In this document: positions 35,646-46,423 of the stretch, piece by piece
Numbering within the stretch: the first letter of the stretch is position 1
How the letters are laid out: each line of letters begins with the position of its first letter
Assembly: GCA_017554285.1 (NCBI GenBank)
Contig: JAFZIQ010000149.1
Span: forward strand, 1-60,104
From: Selenomonadaceae bacterium
GTDB taxonomy: Bacteria; Bacillota; Negativicutes; Selenomonadales; Selenomonadaceae
Direction: 5' to 3'
Length of the DNA stretch: 60,104 nt
Made by a program: the position numbers and the translations under genes
Notes under the pieces: generated by a model
The model's input: the letters and a program-made list of their open reading frames with translations, nothing else
Database searches by the model: none
What the model was told of the DNA's origin: nothing

Positions 35646-35817
35646 GCTCAATAACCCGCTGAGGTTACAATCAAAGTCTGAAAGTGTGCGCATTACGCGC
35701 ATGATGTTCGATACTAAAAAAATCGTCGGCGCAAATGTCGGCGATTTTTTTATATCGTTCTTCCGCTTGAAACTTAGGATTTTGTTTGATATACTTAAAA
35801 AAATTTTCTCGGAACCC

Positions 35818-35844
35818 TTAAGCATTTCAGAATGTCAACGATAA
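35818..35844 (+). promoter_or_regulatory. Sigma28 (FliA)-like promoter upstream of flagellin 2
   Basis: TTAA (35818-35821), 15-nt spacer, AACGATAA (35837-35844). Confidence 0.5.
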
Positions 35845-35920
35845 AATTCTTAAGAGACAGTGAGAGGCGAAAGGGAATTGATCGCCTAAATTCTTTTCAA
35901 AAATCAAGGAGGAAAAAATC

Positions 35921-37231
35921 ATGAGTATGATAGTTAAGAATAACATTGAGGCACTTCGAGTAATTAACCTTTTGGATCAAAATAACAACATGCTTCAACA
36001 GAACTTGAATAAAGTCGCAACCGGTATGAAAATCAACACTGCCCAAGACGATTCCGCCCCGTGGTCAATTTCCGAACGTATGCGCATGAGAATTCGCGCT
36101 CTCGAACAGGATAATCAAAACGTTCAAAACGATGCCGCCATGATGAAAACCGCCGAAGGCTCCGTTTCCAACACAATCGAAATCTTGAAAACTCTTAAAG
36201 AACGCGCCATTAATGCCGCCAATGATTCCAATACCGACGAAGATCGCGCTGTCATTCAAAAGGAAATCGACCAATTCATCGACCAAATCGACGATAATGC
36301 CCTCGTGCAATTCAACGGCAAATATCTCATTGACGGCACTAAAAATAATACCGTTTCCGCTACGAAAACTATCCTCCTCAATCAGAGTTTGGCAACGGAC
36401 ACCACTGCCGGCACAGCTTTAACGGCACTTCAAAACCGCGTCGGCGATTCTCTTGAAATTCAATCTACAGATTATGTTCATGTTTCGGCTGTTATAGATG
36501 GCAATTTGAAAATGTATACAAGTGCTGTCGGTGATAAATCATTGGAAGCTATTTTAGGCGAAGAAATATTTAGCGATGTAACCAGCGCGGCAATCGACGA
36601 AAACGGTAAAATCGGCGACCTCATTGATAAATTTGCTTTTGACGCTTACACGCCCGACAGAGAAGCCGGCATTGCCGTTGTATCCGCAACCGAAGGCGTC
36701 ACAAATCAAATCGCCGGTTTCAATATCAGCATTTTGGACGCTCAAGGCAACGTCAAAAAGGCGGCTAACGCGGCACTCGATGATTTCAGACTCGTGCAAC
36801 GTGCAGAAAATCAAACGGGAGATCATTCGCTGACTTTCCACACAGGGCCTGAAGCAAACGTCGCTATCAAAGTAGGTTTAGGCGATATGCGAGCCGCTGC
36901 GCTCGGTCTTAAAGGCAGTGACAATAATAAAATCAGCGTCCGAACTAAAGAAGCCGCGAATTCTTCTATCAACGTCATTGATAATGCCCTTACAATGTCG
37001 CTTAATCAGCAGATAAATATCGGCTCAATCTTGTCACGCCTCGATTACACAAGCGCGAATATCATTACGGCAAGGGATAATGACCAAGCCTCCGAATCCA
37101 CTATCCGCGATGCAGATATGGCTAGAGAAATGACGAATTACACCAAGAGCAACGTCCTTGTTCAGACCGCGCAGGCTATGCTTGCTCAAGCTAATCAGGG
37201 TTCAAGCGCGGTGCTCGGCTTATTACGATAA
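35921..37231 (+). CDS. Flagellin (paralogue 2)
   Basis: 436 aa. The N- and C-terminal D0/D1 segments are very similar to flagellin 1, while the central region diverges. Confidence 0.95.
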   Translation: MSMIVKNNIEALRVINLLDQNNNMLQQNLNKVATGMKINTAQDDSAPWSISERMRMRIRALEQDNQNVQNDAAMMKTAEGSVSNTIEILKTLKERAINAANDSNTDEDRAVIQKEIDQFIDQIDDNALVQFNGKYLIDGTKNNTVSATKTILLNQSLATDTTAGTALTALQNRVGDSLEIQSTDYVHVSAVIDGNLKMYTSAVGDKSLEAILGEEIFSDVTSAAIDENGKIGDLIDKFAFDAYTPDREAGIAVVSATEGVTNQIAGFNISILDAQGNVKKAANAALDDFRLVQRAENQTGDHSLTFHTGPEANVAIKVGLGDMRAAALGLKGSDNNKISVRTKEAANSSINVIDNALTMSLNQQINIGSILSRLDYTSANIITARDNDQASESTIRDADMAREMTNYTKSNVLVQTAQAMLAQANQGSSAVLGLLR

Positions 37232-37326
37232 TCAACGACTGTTCATTAATGGAAGTCGTTGACATATTTTTTTCAGAATCCTCTTGACAGATAAAAAATT
37301 TTATGAAATTATAGTGCATTGTCTCG

Positions 37327-37355
37327 TTGACACTTGAAATTTTTCTTGATAAAAT
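37327..37355 (+). promoter_or_regulatory. Sigma70-like promoter upstream of flagellin 3
   Basis: TTGACA (37327-37332), 17-nt spacer, TAAAAT (37350-37355). I found no convincing sigma28 -35/-10 pair here. Confidence 0.4.
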
Positions 37356-37393
37356 CGAATCGGAAGCATTAGTTTCAGCTTTATCAGATAATG

Positions 37394-37543
37394 AGCGGGT
37401 TCACGATTGAAGCACTCGTTACGCGTGCGAAGTGTGAGTTCTGGCGACGGTCGGAAATCAATCTGACTCGTTTATTTGGCGGCGGAAAGGAAACCGTCGT
37501 TTCAGGATGAATTTATCTAAGGAATATCAAGGAGGAAATTACA
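37394..37543 (+). promoter_or_regulatory. Conserved structured 5' leader of flagellin 3 (paralogue of 34175-34328)
   Basis: Same conserved blocks and same CGACGGT/ACCGTCG stem with a GGCGGCGGAAAGGAAA loop. SD is CAAGGAGGAAAT. Confidence 0.6.
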
Positions 37544-38464
37544 ATGACTTCAGCAATCAGAACGAACATGAATTCGGTGCGCGCTCACAATATCTTTGAA
37601 GCCAACAACGCACAGGCAACAAAGTCATTCAACAATGTTTCAACCGGTCTGCGCATCAACAGCGTTCAGGACAATCCTACCAATTACGTGATCACCGAGA
37701 AAATGCGCGAACGCATCAATTCTCTCGGTCAAGCACAACAAAATATCCAAAACGATACGGCTATGTTGAAAACTGCCGACAAAGGCATGAGTAACATTGT
37801 GGACATTCTTCGCTCGCTCAATGCTCGCGCTCTTGAAGCAGCCGACGATTCAGTCCAAGACAACGACCGCGTCAACATCGCGAAAGAAATGACTTCGCTC
37901 ATGGAGCAAATCAATTACACTGCGCTTAGCACGAAGTATAACGGTAAAAATCTCCTCGCCACTGAATCCGGGAAAGCGGATAATGCAACTGATATTGCAA
38001 GCGCAGCAACCGATAATGTTACGCTTCAATTCCAAGTCGGTGACGATACAACCGCTGTAATAGCAGGCGTTACCATTCAAAACATGACATTAACTGCTCT
38101 TGGACTCGATACTGCGTATGCCAACGTTAGTGCTATCACAGATGCTACGACTGCTACTCCGCTGAAATCTGCTTCGAATAACGGTACCGTCAGTGAATTA
38201 CAAACCGCATTAAGTACGGCACTTGATAAAGCACTGAGCGGAATGGCGAATGTCGGTGCTTTGGAACAGCGTCTGGGTTACACTGCCGACGACGTCTCCG
38301 GTCAAATCGAGAACTTGGAAGCATCAGTTTCTAACATCGCTGATTCGGATATGGCTAAGGATATTTCCGATTACATGAAGTGGAATGTTTTGGGGCAAGC
38401 GGCGCAGTACATGCTCGCGCAATCGAATCAAAGTGCGTTCCAGGTGCTTAACTTACTCCAATGA
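37544..38464 (+). CDS. Flagellin (short paralogue 3)
   Basis: 306 aa. N-terminal STGLRINSVQDNPTNYVITEKMR and C-terminal IADSDMAKDISDYMKWNVLGQAAQYMLAQSNQ...LNLLQ. The variable domain is reduced. Confidence 0.92.
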   Translation: MTSAIRTNMNSVRAHNIFEANNAQATKSFNNVSTGLRINSVQDNPTNYVITEKMRERINSLGQAQQNIQNDTAMLKTADKGMSNIVDILRSLNARALEAADDSVQDNDRVNIAKEMTSLMEQINYTALSTKYNGKNLLATESGKADNATDIASAATDNVTLQFQVGDDTTAVIAGVTIQNMTLTALGLDTAYANVSAITDATTATPLKSASNNGTVSELQTALSTALDKALSGMANVGALEQRLGYTADDVSGQIENLEASVSNIADSDMAKDISDYMKWNVLGQAAQYMLAQSNQSAFQVLNLLQ

Positions 38465-38550
38465 CTGATGCCGCAGATTTTGCTGAGGCGGGAGATGCGG
38501 CTGCCGGTTCGGACATGTCAATTAAAGCTTAGAACTCCAATCGCATATAA

Positions 38551-39945
<1,395 letters not shown>

Positions 39946-39990
39946 TTATTTAAGTATGGAGTAAATAACTGCAAGCGCAATGCCGATAAC

Positions 39991-40031
39991 AGTTGCCGTC
40001 ATTATATTTCTGTGAACGGCACAACTTTTTG
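39991..40031 (+). terminator. Probable intrinsic terminator after obg
   Basis: Stem GTTGCCGT (39992-39999) / ACGGCA(C)AAC (40016-40025) followed by TTTTT. Confidence 0.45.
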
Positions 40032-40063
40032 AGGGTTTTCCTTAGCTTGCGTTTCTGCCATTT

Positions 40064-40723
40064 TTAATCTCTCCCAAATCCGATTTTATTTTCCAATGAC
40101 AATTTTTCATTCTTCAGTTCAAAATATTTCTCGGTTTTCCGTGCCGAATCGCTTTTCTCCATTTCCGAAACTACTTTTTCCAGCTTTTTAAGCCGTTGAA
40201 TCAAAAATTTCTTTCTCAACTCCGATTTATCACGGCTGAATTCTTCCTGAACCGATTCTTTGTCCGCGCAGATTATTTCGTAAATTATTCCGCCGCTTTC
40301 CGCCAAATCTTCATCAAATATCAGCCAATCATTTTCCGCGAGCCATTCGCGGATTTTTTTTGCCGCATTCATCGGTTGCAGTATCAATCGACGCGCAGAT
40401 TTCACTACTTCGGGCGATTCGTCCAAAATGTTTGCTATCAAAGCTCCGCCCATGCCCGCTATACATATTGTGTCGACTTCGCCCGCCGATAAAACTTTTA
40501 ATCCGTCGCCGAGCCGAGTCTCAATCAAATTTCCAAAGCCCGATTCGGAAATATTTTTGTTCAAAGCCTCGAACGGATGAATATTTTTTTCTGTCGCGAT
40601 AACTTTAATCGCCCGTTTACTTTCGGCGAGTTCAACAGATAAATATCCGTGATCTGCTCCTATATCCGCCACTTTCGAGCCTGCGCGGACGAAATTTGTC
40701 ATTGTCTTTATCCTGCTATCCAT
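40064..40723 (-). CDS. trmK: tRNA (adenine(22)-N1)-methyltransferase TrmK-like SAM-dependent methyltransferase
   Basis: VADIGADHGYLSVELAE...VIATEKN...ICIAGMGG pattern of the TrmK/YqfN family. ATG 40723 (MDSRIK) has a G-rich SD. The ORF-track start is 40738. Confidence 0.75.
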   Translation of the reverse strand: MDSRIKTMTNFVRAGSKVADIGADHGYLSVELAESKRAIKVIATEKNIHPFEALNKNISESGFGNLIETRLGDGLKVLSAGEVDTICIAGMGGALIANILDESPEVVKSARRLILQPMNAAKKIREWLAENDWLIFDEDLAESGGIIYEIICADKESVQEEFSRDKSELRKKFLIQRLKKLEKVVSEMEKSDSARKTEKYFELKNEKLSLENKIGFGRD

Positions 40724-40850
40724 TTTAAAACCCCCCATAAAAATTTATCAACTTAATTTCTTTGCGTCAAGTCTAAAGGATATTTCCGTCTCTGCGCGAA
40801 ATTTATTTAAGATTTTTAACGCGAATATCTTTGAGGAGGAATTTTTTATA

Positions 40851-43640
40851 ATGAATAACTTGTCGCCCCTGACTCTTTGGTCTCTTGCTTTTGGTTGCTG
40901 TATTGGCTGGGGCTCTCTAATTATGCCCGGTACAACTTTCCTCCCAAATGCCGGTACTGAAGGCACTGCCATTGCTATTTCGCTCGGTGCTGTCGTCATG
41001 ATTATAATTGCCTTCAATTATCATTTCGTAATGCAACGCATTCCCATAAATGGCGGCGTCTTTACCTTCACTAAACAAATTTTCGACGACGACCACGCTT
41101 TTTTTTGCGGCTGGTTCCTCTGGATTGCTTATGTCTCTTTGCTCTGGGCTAATGCTACAGCCGTTGTTCTTTTGTTCAGAAACTTATTCGGAAACGTTCT
41201 TCAAGTCGGTTTCCATTATGATTTCGCGGGTTATGACGTTTACGGCGGCGAAGTTGCTGTTATCGTACTCCTTTTGCTTGCCTTCGGCGTCATTTTTGTT
41301 TTCCTCAAACACTTAGCCGACTTTCTGGTTAAAATTGCCGCCGCTATCATGTTCGTCGGTGTTATTTTTATATTTTTCTCGGCTACCGATACATTTTCTT
41401 ATCCGATTCTGTATTTCGCCGATAAGGAATCACCTGTTATCCAAATCCTTATTATCATCGCACTTATTCCTTGGGCTTTTATAGGTTACGAGACTATCGC
41501 TCATTACCCCGAAGAATATAATCAAAACCTTAAAAAGGCTTTTCCTGTTATGGTTGCCGCCATTATCTGCGCGGGTATCGTTTATATCCTCATGACTTGT
41601 TTGGCTACACTTTCTTTCCCCGAACCGTTTAGAAATTTCCAAGATTATCTGTCTAACCTGCAAAATCTTAAAGGTATCGAACAGATTCCGACTTTCTACG
41701 CCGTCAAAGCCACTTTCGGAGAAAATTCCGTTCTTATTTTGTCGCTTATCGTATTTTCTACCATTATAACCAGCCTTATCGGTTATTATCGCGTCGTTAT
41801 CTATATGACTTCCTCTTTTACCGAAGAAAATATCCTTCCGAAATGGTTTTCGGAGCGCAGACACGACATTATCTTTATTCTGGTGTCTTCATTATTCGTA
41901 CCGTTTTTCGGACGTAATGTTATCAGTTGGCTCACCGACGTTACCACAGTCGGCGCGACTATCGCTTACGGTTACACCTCCGCTTGTGCTTTTATCCTTG
42001 CAAAACAGGAAAATAATCAAAATGCTCAAATCACGGGCATTATCGGTACTGTTTGCGCCATTCTGTTCAGTTTTTCTTTACTTATTCCCAACATTTGGTC
42101 GGCAAGTGTCCTTTCGCAGGAATCCTATATAATTTTGGCACTGTGGGGATTATTGGGGCTTGCCTATTTCAATCTGATATTCAAGAATAACGAAACCAAA
42201 TTCGGAAATTCGGTTACTGTTTGGCTGATAATGTTTTTCCTGATATTTTTCTCGGCTCTTATGTGGATGCGCGAAAGAATTAATGCGGAATTGACGGTAT
42301 CAATACGGGAAACGGACAGATTTTTGGTCGAAAATCAAATGGCTCCGCGATTCGCCTACATAAACAAGCAAATATCGGATATGCGGTCGATGCTTATGAA
42401 TAATACGATAATATTGTTGGCGATAACGTTAATCGGGCTTATTTTCCTGTTCAATATCCACAGGAGGATAAAAATAAAGGAACTGCGGGCATTGGAAGAG
42501 GCTAAATTGAAGGCAGAAGCGAGTTCGCGAGCCAAAATGACGTTTTTATCCAATATGAGCCATGATTTAAGGACGCCGTTAAATGCGGTAATCGGATATA
42601 CGACATTGGCATTGCGAGACGGCAAGACTTTCGATGAGATGAGAAGATTTTTGGAGAAAATAGGAATATCGAGCAAGCATTTACTGGATTTGATAAATGA
42701 CGTATTGGAAATGAGCCGAATAGAAAGCGGACGCATGGAATTGGATTTATCGGAGGTAGATTTGGCTAAGAATCTGCGGGAAATGGAAACAATGTTCAGA
42801 ACGCAGATGGAGGAAAAGGGAATTTCATTCAGTGTAGAATCCGAATTGGAAAATCGGTATGTAAAATGCGATAAGAACAGGTGGAACCGAGTTTTATTGA
42901 ACTTGGTAGGCAATGCCTTTAAATTTACTCCGACGGGCAAAACTATTTCGGTAAAATTATTGGAAACGGACTTCGGACAGTATGAATTGCATGTAAAAGA
43001 TACGGGAATAGGAATGTCGGAGGAATTTGCGAAGAAAATCTTTAAGGCATTTGAGCGCGAAAGGACTTCGACAGTCAGCGGAATACAAGGAACGGGCTTG
43101 GGCACGGCGATAACCAAAAACATAGTCGAATTAATGGGCGGGACGATAGAAGTTGAGACTAAAAAGGATTTCGGGACGGAATTTACGGTAAAAGTCAGTT
43201 TTGAGGTAGTCGACAATCCGGAAATCGAGGAAGACTTGATTTTGGAAGAAAATTCGACGGAAAAAGTAAGTTCTGCCAGAATTTTGCTGGTAGAAGATAT
43301 AGAAGTTAATAGAGAAATAGCGTTAATGATGCTGGGTCAATTTGAATTTGATATTGAGACGGCAGAAAACGGAAAAGAGGCGGTAGAAAAAGCGTCGGTC
43401 GGTAAATTTGATTTAATCTTAATGGATATACAAATGCCGATAATGAACGGTTACGAGGCGGCGCGAGAGATAAGAAAACTGGGGATTTCGACGCCGATAT
43501 TGGCAATGACGGCGAATGCGTTGCCCGAAGATATAAAAAATGCGCGAGAAGCGGGCATGAACGGGCATATCTCGAAGCCGTTAGACTTTCAAAAGATGAT
43601 TGAAGCTATTCAAGGAATACTGGGAGGAAAATTGCAATGA
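40851..43640 (+). CDS. Hybrid sensor histidine kinase with an N-terminal APC-type amino-acid-permease-like membrane domain
   Basis: About aa 1-470 look like a 12-TM APC permease (LTLWSLAFGCCIGWGSLIMPG...), followed by two more TMs. Then H-box SNMSHDLRTPLNAVIGY, N/G boxes (NLVGNAFKFT, DTGIGM, GTGLGTAITKNIVELMGG), and a receiver domain (ILLVEDIEVNREI...DLILMDIQMPIMNGYEA...ILAMTANA). Confidence 0.85.
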   Translation: MNNLSPLTLWSLAFGCCIGWGSLIMPGTTFLPNAGTEGTAIAISLGAVVMIIIAFNYHFVMQRIPINGGVFTFTKQIFDDDHAFFCGWFLWIAYVSLLWANATAVVLLFRNLFGNVLQVGFHYDFAGYDVYGGEVAVIVLLLLAFGVIFVFLKHLADFLVKIAAAIMFVGVIFIFFSATDTFSYPILYFADKESPVIQILIIIALIPWAFIGYETIAHYPEEYNQNLKKAFPVMVAAIICAGIVYILMTCLATLSFPEPFRNFQDYLSNLQNLKGIEQIPTFYAVKATFGENSVLILSLIVFSTIITSLIGYYRVVIYMTSSFTEENILPKWFSERRHDIIFILVSSLFVPFFGRNVISWLTDVTTVGATIAYGYTSACAFILAKQENNQNAQITGIIGTVCAILFSFSLLIPNIWSASVLSQESYIILALWGLLGLAYFNLIFKNNETKFGNSVTVWLIMFFLIFFSALMWMRERINAELTVSIRETDRFLVENQMAPRFAYINKQISDMRSMLMNNTIILLAITLIGLIFLFNIHRRIKIKELRALEEAKLKAEASSRAKMTFLSNMSHDLRTPLNAVIGYTTLALRDGKTFDEMRRFLEKIGISSKHLLDLINDVLEMSRIESGRMELDLSEVDLAKNLREMETMFRTQMEEKGISFSVESELENRYVKCDKNRWNRVLLNLVGNAFKFTPTGKTISVKLLETDFGQYELHVKDTGIGMSEEFAKKIFKAFERERTSTVSGIQGTGLGTAITKNIVELMGGTIEVETKKDFGTEFTVKVSFEVVDNPEIEEDLILEENSTEKVSSARILLVEDIEVNREIALMMLGQFEFDIETAENGKEAVEKASVGKFDLILMDIQMPIMNGYEAAREIRKLGISTPILAMTANALPEDIKNAREAGMNGHISKPLDFQKMIEAIQGILGGKLQ

Positions 43641-44062
43641 AGATTTTATTTGTATGCAGCGGAAATACGGGACGTTCGCCGATGGCGGCGTTTGTCATGA
43701 AAAAATTGGTATCGGAAGCGGGCTTGAGCGATAAGATTTTGATTTCGTCCGCCGCGAGCAAGCAAAATGCGTCGGGAAGTCTTCATGAGGGCATAGCGGC
43801 TAAATTGAGGGCAGAAAATGTTCCTTACGGCGAACATGAGGCGCATACGATTACGAAAAGCGATTATGACGGCTCGGATTTGATAATTTGTATGGATTCG
43901 GGGAACGTCGCGCAGGTTAAAGAAATTGTCGGCGGCGATTCGGAAGGAAAAATTAAAATGTTGCTTGATAAAGACATTCCTTGGGACAAAAACGGATTCG
44001 CAACGACTTACGATGATATTCTGCGCGGTTGCAAAGCTTTGCTTGAAAAAATTTCAAAGTGA
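43637..44062 (+). CDS. Low-molecular-weight protein tyrosine phosphatase family protein
   Basis: P-loop ILFVCSGNTGRSPMAA (CX5R-S). 141 aa. Confidence 0.85.
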   Translation: MKILFVCSGNTGRSPMAAFVMKKLVSEAGLSDKILISSAASKQNASGSLHEGIAAKLRAENVPYGEHEAHTITKSDYDGSDLIICMDSGNVAQVKEIVGGDSEGKIKMLLDKDIPWDKNGFATTYDDILRGCKALLEKISK

Positions 44063-44088
44063 CTATAAAATATCGGCGAGGTGATTTT

Positions 44089-45024
44089 ATGAAAGAGCGT
44101 ATAAAAAAGGACGCAGTGATAATCGGCGCGGGTATGGCGGGCTTGACGGCGGCTTTATACTGCGGGCGCATGAATCTTGACACCTTGGTTTTGGAGAACG
44201 GGATTATCGGCGGACAAATCGCCAATGCGACGGATATAGAAAATTATCCCGGCTTTGAAAGCGTAAGCGGCAGTGAATTAATCGGGACGTTGCAAAGACA
44301 AGCCGAAAATTTCGGCGCGGTTATTGACGAATTTGACGAGATAGAAAAAGTTACGCTTAAAACTTCGCCGAAAATAATTGAGACGATTGAAAAAATTTAT
44401 GAGGCGGACGTTGTGATAATCGCGTCGGGCATGAACAGGCGCAAGTTGCCTTTGCCTGAAGAGAAAAAATTTGCAGGTCGAGGAGTTCATTATTGCGAAC
44501 TTTGCGACGGGCACGCTTACAACGGAAAAATAATTGCAGTCATGGGCGGCGGCAATGCGGCAGTCGACGCGGCGAATTTCTTGACCAAATACGCCGAAAA
44601 AATTTATCTGATTCATCGTTCCGAATTCCGCGCAGATGAAGTTTCTCAAAAACGTCTTCGCGCCAATGACAAAGTCGAAATCATGTTGCAGACGGAGATA
44701 AAAGCTCTGCGCGGGTCGAAAAGACTTGAGGAAGTTGAGATTTTCGATAAAAAGACGGGCGAGACCAAAACTTTAAAGGTCGACGGAATTTTTGTTAATA
44801 TCGGAGTGGAGCCGAACACTCAACTTTTCAAAGACGAATTGACATTAAGCGCGAGCGGCAGGATAATCGCGGGCGAAGATTGTCGAACAGAAATTGAAGG
44901 CGTCTTTGCGGCAGGCGACGTTCGCGAAAAAGAAATCCGTCAACTTACAACGGCGGCAAGCGACGGAACGACTGCGGCACTGCTTGCAGAAAAATATTTG
45001 GCAAAATTGAAGGAGGCAAATTAA
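44089..45024 (+). CDS. trxB: Thioredoxin-disulfide reductase
   Basis: FAD motif VIIGAGMAGLTAALY, redox CELCDG, NADPH motif VMGGGNAAVD and C-terminal GVFAAGDV. ATG 44089 is preferred over the ORF-track start 44059. Confidence 0.88.
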   Translation: MKERIKKDAVIIGAGMAGLTAALYCGRMNLDTLVLENGIIGGQIANATDIENYPGFESVSGSELIGTLQRQAENFGAVIDEFDEIEKVTLKTSPKIIETIEKIYEADVVIIASGMNRRKLPLPEEKKFAGRGVHYCELCDGHAYNGKIIAVMGGGNAAVDAANFLTKYAEKIYLIHRSEFRADEVSQKRLRANDKVEIMLQTEIKALRGSKRLEEVEIFDKKTGETKTLKVDGIFVNIGVEPNTQLFKDELTLSASGRIIAGEDCRTEIEGVFAAGDVREKEIRQLTTAASDGTTAALLAEKYLAKLKEAN

Positions 45025-45273
45025 ATGGTAAAAGTGTATTCGTTTGAGAGTTGTCCTTGGTGTGTTAAGGTTAAAAATTATTTGAAGGCTCGCGGCGTTG
45101 AATATGAAGTTCGCGACATTGAGCTGGACGAAGAGGCAGCTAAAGAGTGCCAAAAAATTTCGGGCGATTTGACTGTTCCCGTTACGACGATCGACGGCGT
45201 GAATTATGTTTTGGGCTTTGATAAGCGCAAGATTGATGCCTTACTCGGCATTGGAAATTCTCAGCTTGCGTAA
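45025..45273 (+). CDS. Glutaredoxin-like small redox protein
   Basis: 82 aa. CPWC active site in VKVYSFESCPWCVKVKNYL, and a TVP motif (cis-Pro). Confidence 0.8.
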   Translation: MVKVYSFESCPWCVKVKNYLKARGVEYEVRDIELDEEAAKECQKISGDLTVPVTTIDGVNYVLGFDKRKIDALLGIGNSQLA

Positions 45274-45327
45274 TGCGTAATGAATTTATGATTGCGCATT
45301 TCTAATTATGCATTTCTAATTGCATTT
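45268..45327. repeat. Divergent short tandem repeats after the glutaredoxin-like gene
   Basis: GCGTAAT x2, then GCATTTCTAATT x2 with variants. The vocabulary differs from the GGGATTA family. Followed by hairpin GCCGAA...TTCGGC at about 45329-45362. Confidence 0.5.
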
Positions 45328-45386
45328 AAAAAGCCGAAGGGTCGAAAGGACTTTTCGGCTTAAAGCTTGTTAAGGAGAGTAAACGA

Positions 45387-46382
45387 ATGCCGGAACTTCA
45401 GTATTTAATATTCACGGTTATAATTTTGGCGTTGATATTCGATTTCATAAACGGTTTTCACGACACGGCAAATGCAATAGCAACATCGGTGAGCACCCGC
45501 GCCCTCTATCCGAATCATGCGATAATGCTGGCGGCGGGCTTAAATTTTTTGGGCGCAATGGTCTCAACGGGCGTCGCCAAGACAATCGGCGGTGATATAG
45601 TCAGCTCGCCGAGCATAGTCGACGAAAAAATATTAATCGCCGCACTTATCGGAGCAATTTTTTGGAATTTGCTGACGTGGAAATTGGGAATCCCGTCCAG
45701 CTCGTCACATGCGCTTATCGGCGGCTTAATCGGCGCAGTTTTAATTTCGGTAGGAATAAGCGGCTTGAATTGGAACGGAATCGGGAAAATAATTTTGGGA
45801 TTGATAGCGTCGCCGGCAATCGCGTTTTTGACGGGAATAATCATCATGAATATAATCTTTCGGGTGTTTGAAAATTTTTCACCGCACGTGCTTAACGACA
45901 AGTTCAGAAAAATGCAAGTGATTTCGGCGGCAATGATAGCCTTTTCAAACGGCTCGAACGACGCGCAAAAATCAATGGGCATAATCACATTGGCATTATT
46001 CAGCGGCGGATTTATTTCTGAATTTGAAGTTCCGACTTATGTAAAAGTTTTATGCGCAACGGCAATGGCAATGGGTACGGCAACGGGCGGTTGGAACATA
46101 ATAAAAACGGTCGGCGGGAAAATATTTAAGCTGGAGCCGCCGAGCGGCTTTGCGGCAGATTTAAATTCTTCTTGCGTGGTATTCGGCGCGACGTTGTTGC
46201 ATTTGCCCGTTTCGACGACGCATGTTGTTTCCGGCTCAATAATGGGCGTAGGCTCGGCTAAAAGAGTTAATGCCGTTCGGTGGGGCACGGCTCAGCAAAT
46301 GATTAAGGCGTGGAGCATTACCATTCCCATAACGGCGGTTATCGGCGCGTCGGCATTCTTTTTGGTCGAAGCTCTTTTCTGA
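45387..46382 (+). CDS. Inorganic phosphate transporter, PiT family
   Basis: NGFHDTANAIATSV signature repeated in the second half (SNGSNDAQKSMG). Polytopic. Confidence 0.9.
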   Translation: MPELQYLIFTVIILALIFDFINGFHDTANAIATSVSTRALYPNHAIMLAAGLNFLGAMVSTGVAKTIGGDIVSSPSIVDEKILIAALIGAIFWNLLTWKLGIPSSSSHALIGGLIGAVLISVGISGLNWNGIGKIILGLIASPAIAFLTGIIIMNIIFRVFENFSPHVLNDKFRKMQVISAAMIAFSNGSNDAQKSMGIITLALFSGGFISEFEVPTYVKVLCATAMAMGTATGGWNIIKTVGGKIFKLEPPSGFAADLNSSCVVFGATLLHLPVSTTHVVSGSIMGVGSAKRVNAVRWGTAQQMIKAWSITIPITAVIGASAFFLVEALF

Positions 46383-46384
46383 AC

Positions 46385-46422
46385 AAAAAAATTAACCTGC
46401 ACACCCGCGCAGGTTTTTTTAT
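46385..46422. terminator. Bidirectional intrinsic terminator (contains one CCGCGCAG motif)
   Basis: A-run, stem AACCTGC (46394-46400) / GCAGGTT (46409-46415), T-run. Lies between convergent genes. Confidence 0.75.
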
Positions 46423-46423
46423 T

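Noticed and set aside
37224-37231. TACGATAA at the very end of flagellin 2, considered as a sigma28 -10 box for flagellin 3.
   Set aside because: It is produced by the LLR-stop codons of flagellin 2, and the position 15 nt upstream reads AGCG rather than a TAAA-like -35.
39955-40063. Two tiny minus-strand ORFs between obg and trmK: MAETQAKENPQKVVPFTEI and the hydrophobic MTATVIGIALAVIYSILK.
   Set aside because: They are under 20 codons, overlap the obg terminator hairpin and have no convincing RBS. Evidence is insufficient to call a small membrane peptide.
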